DNA of 64,000 nucleotides, taken from NCBI GenBank assembly GCA_011056555.1, contig DSEQ01000009.1, positions 16,281-80,280 of the forward strand, in the 5' to 3' direction. The translations under genes and the position numbers were made by a program. Shown piece after piece: positions 59,163 to 64,000 of the stretch. The notes under the pieces are model-generated. The model did no database searches, had not been told where the DNA came from, and saw only the letters and a program-made list of their open reading frames with translations. Source of the DNA: Candidatus Zixiibacteriota bacterium (GTDB lineage: Bacteria > Zixibacteria > MSB-5A5 > JAABVY01). Position 1 is the first letter of the stretch. Each line of letters opens with the position of its first letter.

Positions 59163-59267
59163 GTCTTCTAATGTACCTGCCCAAACAAAGTTTGAGCAGG
59201 CCACCCATTGAATTGAGATAAAAAATCACAAGCTAAAGCTTGGGACACCGGGGCGAATCTGTTCACA

Positions 59268-59297
59268 AGAAAAAAAGCATGATCACAGGGATCATGC
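59268..59297 (-). terminator. rho-independent terminator after the GatE-like gene
   Basis: Stem GCATGATC/GATCATGC (8 bp) flanked by A7 on the plus strand, which is T7 on the minus strand. Confidence 0.7.
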
Positions 59298-59325
59298 CCT
59301 ACAATTAATTCAAATGGGAGTTTTA

Positions 59326-61263
59326 TTACGATGTCGCCGGATGTTTGGCTTTGACTTGCTCTTTGACCATATCCTTGAGCTTTTCCGGGGGGAACTTGCC
59401 GCGGGTTTCTGATTTGACCTGACCAATAATATACTCTATCAGCTTTTCTTCGGATTTGAATCTGTCGCCATCAAGCTCTGCGGCTTTGCTTTCTATTAGA
59501 GAGCTTACATCACTCTCAGTCATCGGTATTAAATTCAATTCATCGAAAAGCCTCTCCAGCGGAATATTCGTGCCATTTGATGAAAGATAATCGAGAGCTA
59601 CATAGACCGCTTCGTTTGGCAATTCACGTTGTCCGGTTTGCTCCAGAATGTAGGCCAGGAGATCATCGGAAATAAATATCAGGTCCCTGCCCTGGCGTTT
59701 CAGATTTTTCAGATAGCCCTCGAAAAGATATGCCAGGAAAACCGGGTCAGTGAGATTGCGCTTCAATAACCGGTCGTACATAAGTGCAAATTTTGAACGT
59801 CCCAGGGAATAGACCAGTTCATCGGACAGCCCCAGTTCCATCCAGCGTTCATCGCGGCTGTAGGCCGGGTCCGGAAGAACCGCCCTGAGCTTATCCAGAC
59901 GATCTTTGGTGATTGCCACCGGCGAGGAATCGGTGTCGGGATACATACGGTCCGGGCCGGGAAGTATCCGTTCGAAATCCGTAATGCCCTCGCCAATATG
60001 CTGACGGGTTTCATTGGGCACGCCCTCGGTCGCCTCCACAGCACGGATCTTCACTTCCGACAGCGCCATGTTGACATCAGCTTCAGTGCCCCAGGTTATA
60101 ATAATCGCATCGGTATGACGCATATGGAAGACCTTTTTAATCTCGTCGCAGATTTCATCCGGCAGTTCGGCACAACTGATATCGTCGGAATGGATGATGT
60201 TCGGATATTTATCGATGCAGGCGATTACCTTAATTCGTCCGGAGATCTCATCGGCAAAGGTCTTATTCGGCTGGGTCTTGTAATTGAGTATGCCCGCAAA
60301 GCGTTCCAGCATGATACCGCCAACCTTGCCGCCATTGTTTATGACCTCGGATATCACCGGATGCGCTATCTTCTTGAAAATCTCGGTCAGGTCCTTCTTC
60401 TCGCTGTGAATTGTACTGGGGGATATTCCGCGTTTGCGCAGTTCTGATTTTATCTCCAGAAGCGATTTTTGCCTTAAACCCTCGACCTCGGTCAGGCGCT
60501 TGATATATCCGGTTTTATCAATGCCCTTGAGCTCCACCCGAGTGCCGCCGTCGATGGAAACATTGACATCCTGACGGGTTACTCCAATCCCGCGCCGTAC
60601 CCGTCCCGATGAGCGCAGCACGCGTCCGATAACCTCATCGACTTCCATCGCCTCGGTCGGAGTTTGCATATCCGGATAGGTCACAATCTCGACCAAAGGA
60701 GTTGAAAGACGATCTGTCCTGAACCTGATCTGATGTCCAATATCGTGCACCTCGCGGCAGGCATCCTCCTCAAGAGCGACTTGAATAATCCTGATTTTGC
60801 GGTCCTTGTATGGTATCCACCCTTCCACACCGACAATGGCGGTGCGCTGGAAGCCTGTGGGGATCGAGCCATCCAGATACTGCTTTCTGGTAATATGAAG
60901 TTCATCCACAATATGGCAGTTGAAGAGCATGGAAATCTGGAGGGCGATATCGAGAGCCTCCTGGTTGATCGGAAAAGGCGGGGTATCATCCATCTCATAG
61001 GTGCAGACATTATCCCGGAAGAGCTCGTAAACCACCTCTTTTTTGGTCTTGAATTCCATCAAGGCGGTGCCGTCATACTCTCCCAGTTCGGAAAGTGTGG
61101 GGCGCATATGTCTTACGATTAAACCGTCGGGAGGACCGTCAACATAACCGACCGGGCAGCGGCAGAACAGCTTTTTGGCGGTATCGAGCTGTTGATGAAC
61201 CTCCAGCCCACACTTGAAGCCAAGCTCTTTGAATCTGCTGTCGTCTAAATTATCCCAGTTCAT
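59326..61263 (-). CDS. GatB/GatE-family tRNA-dependent amidotransferase subunit, GatE-type (archaeal-like, with large insertion)
   Basis: 645 aa. The N-terminus GLEVHQQLDTAKKLFCRCP matches the GatE/GatB start. A cradle motif VTRQDVNVSIDGGTRVELKG is present. A ~160-aa insertion precedes the helical/YqeY-like tail. Confidence 0.65.
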   Translation of the reverse strand: MNWDNLDDSRFKELGFKCGLEVHQQLDTAKKLFCRCPVGYVDGPPDGLIVRHMRPTLSELGEYDGTALMEFKTKKEVVYELFRDNVCTYEMDDTPPFPINQEALDIALQISMLFNCHIVDELHITRKQYLDGSIPTGFQRTAIVGVEGWIPYKDRKIRIIQVALEEDACREVHDIGHQIRFRTDRLSTPLVEIVTYPDMQTPTEAMEVDEVIGRVLRSSGRVRRGIGVTRQDVNVSIDGGTRVELKGIDKTGYIKRLTEVEGLRQKSLLEIKSELRKRGISPSTIHSEKKDLTEIFKKIAHPVISEVINNGGKVGGIMLERFAGILNYKTQPNKTFADEISGRIKVIACIDKYPNIIHSDDISCAELPDEICDEIKKVFHMRHTDAIIITWGTEADVNMALSEVKIRAVEATEGVPNETRQHIGEGITDFERILPGPDRMYPDTDSSPVAITKDRLDKLRAVLPDPAYSRDERWMELGLSDELVYSLGRSKFALMYDRLLKRNLTDPVFLAYLFEGYLKNLKRQGRDLIFISDDLLAYILEQTGQRELPNEAVYVALDYLSSNGTNIPLERLFDELNLIPMTESDVSSLIESKAAELDGDRFKSEEKLIEYIIGQVKSETRGKFPPEKLKDMVKEQVKAKHPATS

Positions 61264-61382
61264 AACTTGTGAAATATATCACTTTAATCTCTCAATATAC
61301 CAAATCTACAGGCCTTGGCAACCGATTTCGTGTTTTTTTTTGATGTTTGACAACACGACCGAAAATGTTATCTTTTGCCCTT

Positions 61383-63095
61383 ATGAAAAGGAAGTTCCGT
61401 ATAGCGCTGGCCCAGATCAACTCCACGGTGGGAGCGCTGGATCAAAACCTGGATAAAATCATTTCTTACGCCAGAAGGGCCGAGGAGCATGGCTGCGATA
61501 TAGTGGCCTATCCGGAGCTGGCCCTGACCGGCTATCCCCCTGAGGACCTGCTCCTGAAGAAGGCCTTCAATCTTGATGTTTCCAGGACTCTTAAGAAGCT
61601 GATTAAGGAAAAGATAAGGCCGATCATGGTGTTCGGTTATCCTGATTTCGACGGCGGGAAGTATAATTCTGCAGCGGTAATCTATAATAATAAGCTGGTC
61701 GCCTCGGTCAATAAATTCATGCTGCCCAATTACGGCGTCTTTGATGAAAAGCGCTATTTCACCCCCGGAAACGGAACATATATATTCGATCTCGGCTTCA
61801 TGCGTTTCGGTGTAAATATCTGTGAGGATATCTGGGTCACTCCCGGCACCACGGAGATTCTGACCTTGCATGGCGCCAATCTGGTTATCAATATCTCCGC
61901 CTCTCCCTACACTATTCGCAAGGAAAAATACCGCGAAACCATGATACAGCGGATAGTAAAGCGATGTCATATGTTTCTGGCCTTCTGCAATATGGTTGGC
62001 GGTCAGGATGAACTGGTTTTTGACGGCTATTCGATGATATTCAATCCCGAAGGGGAGATGCTGGCCTCTGCGAAGACATTCGAGGAGGATATGATCTTCG
62101 CCGAAATCGACCCTCTGGAGTCCGAGGCCAAACGGTTCACGATTACGGTTCCCCGGCAGATACCTCCGGTGGAAATTAAAAGACTGGGCGATTTCAAAAA
62201 CCGCAAAAGAACTAAAGCAATCAAATCAGTTATAAATCCCCCACCGTCCCGGGAGGAGGAAATATACAAGGCTCTGATTCTGGGAACAACTGATTATATC
62301 CAGAAGAATGGTTTTTCCGAAGTCGTTGTAGGGCTTTCCGGCGGGATAGATTCGGCCGTGACCGCTGTCCTGGCCTACGACTGCGTAGGACCGGAGCGAA
62401 TGCACTTAGTCTTTATGCCCTCGGAGTATACTCAGGATCAATCGACCAAAGACGCTAAAAAGCTGGCCCAGAATTTGGGAATACCTCTCCAGACATTTCC
62501 GATTGACAGCACATTTCAATGCTACAAGGAGATGCTCAAGGGGAGTTTCAAGGGTCTTAAGGAGGATATTACCGAGGAAAACCTTCAGGCGCGAATCCGC
62601 GGCAATATCCTGATGGCGCTTTCGAATAAATTCAAATGGCTGGTGCTTACGACCGGAAACAAATCCGAGGTTTCAGTCGGATACTCCACACTGTATGGCG
62701 ACACTGCCGGCGGTTTTGCAGTCATAAAGGATTTATATAAAACCGAGGTTTTCAAGCTGGCGCGCTACTATAATCGTAAGGAGAAGCGAACGGTGATACC
62801 TCGTTCGGTAATAGAGAAGCCGCCCTCGGCAGAACTGCGCCACAACCAGAAAGACACCGACAGCCTTCCTCCCTATGAAGTGCTCGATCCGATTCTGAAA
62901 CTATACATAGAGCAGGACAGGGGCCAAAAGGAGATCATAGATCGCGGGTATGACGAGGAACTTGTAAACCGTATCATAAGGATGGTTGATCTGGCAGAAT
63001 ACAAACGCCGCCAGTCCCCGCCCGGCGTCAAGATTACCCCCAAGGCCTTTGGCCGCGATCGCAGAATGCCTATCACACAGCGGTATTTCAGATAA
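61383..63095 (+). CDS. nadE: glutamine-dependent NAD+ synthetase (N-terminal carbon-nitrogen hydrolase domain plus C-terminal NAD synthetase domain)
   Basis: FRIALAQIN ... YPELALTGY (CN hydrolase) and GLSGGIDSAV (PP-loop). The start is uncertain: the ORF-track TTG at 61347 or the ATG at 61365 or 61383. Confidence 0.88.
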   Translation: MKRKFRIALAQINSTVGALDQNLDKIISYARRAEEHGCDIVAYPELALTGYPPEDLLLKKAFNLDVSRTLKKLIKEKIRPIMVFGYPDFDGGKYNSAAVIYNNKLVASVNKFMLPNYGVFDEKRYFTPGNGTYIFDLGFMRFGVNICEDIWVTPGTTEILTLHGANLVINISASPYTIRKEKYRETMIQRIVKRCHMFLAFCNMVGGQDELVFDGYSMIFNPEGEMLASAKTFEEDMIFAEIDPLESEAKRFTITVPRQIPPVEIKRLGDFKNRKRTKAIKSVINPPPSREEEIYKALILGTTDYIQKNGFSEVVVGLSGGIDSAVTAVLAYDCVGPERMHLVFMPSEYTQDQSTKDAKKLAQNLGIPLQTFPIDSTFQCYKEMLKGSFKGLKEDITEENLQARIRGNILMALSNKFKWLVLTTGNKSEVSVGYSTLYGDTAGGFAVIKDLYKTEVFKLARYYNRKEKRTVIPRSVIEKPPSAELRHNQKDTDSLPPYEVLDPILKLYIEQDRGQKEIIDRGYDEELVNRIIRMVDLAEYKRRQSPPGVKITPKAFGRDRRMPITQRYFR

Positions 63096-63213
63096 ATCAA
63101 TTATCTGCTGCTGAGTGGAAGAAAAATAATGGCGTCTCAATTTTAAATGAAACTATAAGACCAAACCTATGCCTCACACAAAATGAGCTTATTGATAAAC
63201 CCTGATGGTGTAT

Positions 63214-63325
63214 CGTTGGGTCTGATTCTTTCGCAGACGGAATTGTGACCCAACGCAAATGCTTGCTATATAATAAGGCGCAGGGTCACACCCCCCGATT
63301 CCTCCGGGGGCCAAGACCCTGCGCG
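63214..63325. repeat. two GC-rich hairpins sharing GGGTC/GACCC arms, the second nested
   Basis: Hairpin 1 is CGTTGGGTC ... GACCCAACG (63214-63255). Hairpin 2 is GCGCAGGGTC-acac-CCCCCG-attcctc-CGGGGG-ccaa-GACCCTGCGC (63279-63325). Both read directly. Confidence 0.5.
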
Positions 63326-63469
63326 GAGAAAAGTACCCTCCTCAACACGCCCTGAAACAGTGGGGCACCCGGCATTAACAAAATTTATCTCTTGCCTTCA
63401 ACAAACCATTGATCTTAATTAAAAGCATCATCAATATCATCAATCACACTGGAGGAGAATATGACGAAA

Positions 63470-64000
63470 TATATTACAGCATTAGCCTTGTTGATGACTC
63501 TCTCAGCCGCGGCTGAATCTGAAGACACAAACAGGCCTTCACCATTTTATCCGGTCACTACATATTCAATAGTATGTTATGATTCCGCCACAGGGCAGTT
63601 CGGAGCGGCGGTGCAGTCGCACTGGTTCAAGGTTGCCGATGTTATCTGGGCCGAGCCCGAGGTTGGTGTAGTGGCGACCCAATCACTGGCCGATTTCTCT
63701 TATGGCCTCCTCGGGCTCGAGATGATGGAAGCAGGCAAGACCGCACAGCAGGCGCTGGAGGGTCTTAAATCCTCCGATCCAAACTCGGATGTGAGACAGG
63801 TGGCGATGATTGATAACAAGGGAAACATCGCTACTCATACAGGAGAAAACTGTATTGCCATGGCGGGTCATCGCGTCGGCCCGAACTATTCTGTGCAGGC
63901 CAACCTGATGGAGAAGGCTACTGTCTGGGATGCTATGGCGCAGGCATTCGAGAAAACCGAGGGCGAACTGGCGGACCGTATGATGGCTGCATTGGAGGCG
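63470..64000 (+). CDS. DUF1028-family (Ntn-hydrolase-like) protein, N-terminal 177 codons; continues past the window end
   Basis: GGAGGA SD, a signal-peptide-like N-terminus, and then TYSIVCYD, which resembles the DUF1028 N-terminal TFSIVARD. The frame is open to the end of the window. Confidence 0.5.

Overview
This 64-kb window looks like chromosomal DNA from a Gram-negative bacterium, judged from the many lipobox lipoproteins, outer-membrane beta-barrels and a TonB-dependent receptor. GC content is roughly 50% by eye. Gene density is high and Shine-Dalgarno sites (AAGGAG/GGAGG) are common. The phylum is not identifiable from sequence alone. All motif and similarity calls below are from reading the sequence by eye; no searches were run.

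Layout, left to right:
- 1-10979 (minus strand): a respiratory complex I operon, nuoA, B, fused C/D, E, F, G, H, I, J, K and the 5' part of nuoL, which runs off the window edge.
- 11.3-17.3 kb: a GNAT-like hypothetical, class I glutaminyl-tRNA synthetase (glnS), a TrpR-like (YerC/YecD) regulator overlapping a standalone trpB with a clear sigma70 promoter and palindromic operator, prs, and a LigT-like 2H phosphoesterase.
- 17.4-19.5 kb: an XRE repressor with a small membrane partner and a palindromic operator, then a VOC/PhnB-like protein and two SRPBCC (AHSA1-like) proteins.
- 19.6-28.2 kb: a PLP/amino-acid cluster. It holds alr translationally coupled to an M20D amidohydrolase, a class III aminotransferase with an unexplained N-terminal extension, an SSS symporter with a ~140-aa internal hydrophilic insertion, a YhfX-like racemase-fold protein, a GNAT and a MarR regulator.
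- 28.3-31.8 kb: a membrane protein, an SDR, and a KefB-like CPA2 antiporter with TrkA domains.
- 32.0-37.2 kb: a tightly packed plus-strand operon encoding an Omp85-family barrel, a lipoprotein with the canonical Hanks kinase motifs (VIK ... HYDLKDQN ... DFG), a secreted protein and a PAP2 phosphatase.
- 37.2-44.0 kb: a convergent minus-strand operon. It encodes a TLC-like nucleotide-transporter/HEAT-repeat fusion (923 aa), a standalone cNMP-binding domain, a PAS histidine kinase, a REC-PP2C phosphatase and a near-duplicate standalone REC.
- 44.6-53.6 kb: a TonB-dependent receptor with a CarbD (carboxypeptidase regulatory-like) domain, a lipoprotein, a small OM barrel, a cupin, a secreted tandem TonB-C protein, a Fes-like esterase with TPR repeats, and a caspase-like (C14) lipoprotein.
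- 53.7-58.2 kb: DinB-like, a small hypothetical, a lysine-rich secreted protein, a SufS-like cysteine desulfurase, and an OM barrel.
- 58.2-59.3 kb: an AT-rich islet carrying a small GIY-YIG-like ORF, flanked by a GTGCAC-repeat/inverted-repeat block and a perfect 24-bp palindrome.
- 59.3-64.0 kb: a GatE-type (archaeal-like, 645 aa) amidotransferase subunit with no gatD nearby in a genome that has GlnRS, then glutamine-dependent nadE and a partial DUF1028 gene.

Several rho-independent terminators were read directly. No rRNA, tRNA, CRISPR array or obvious transposase/integrase gene was seen.
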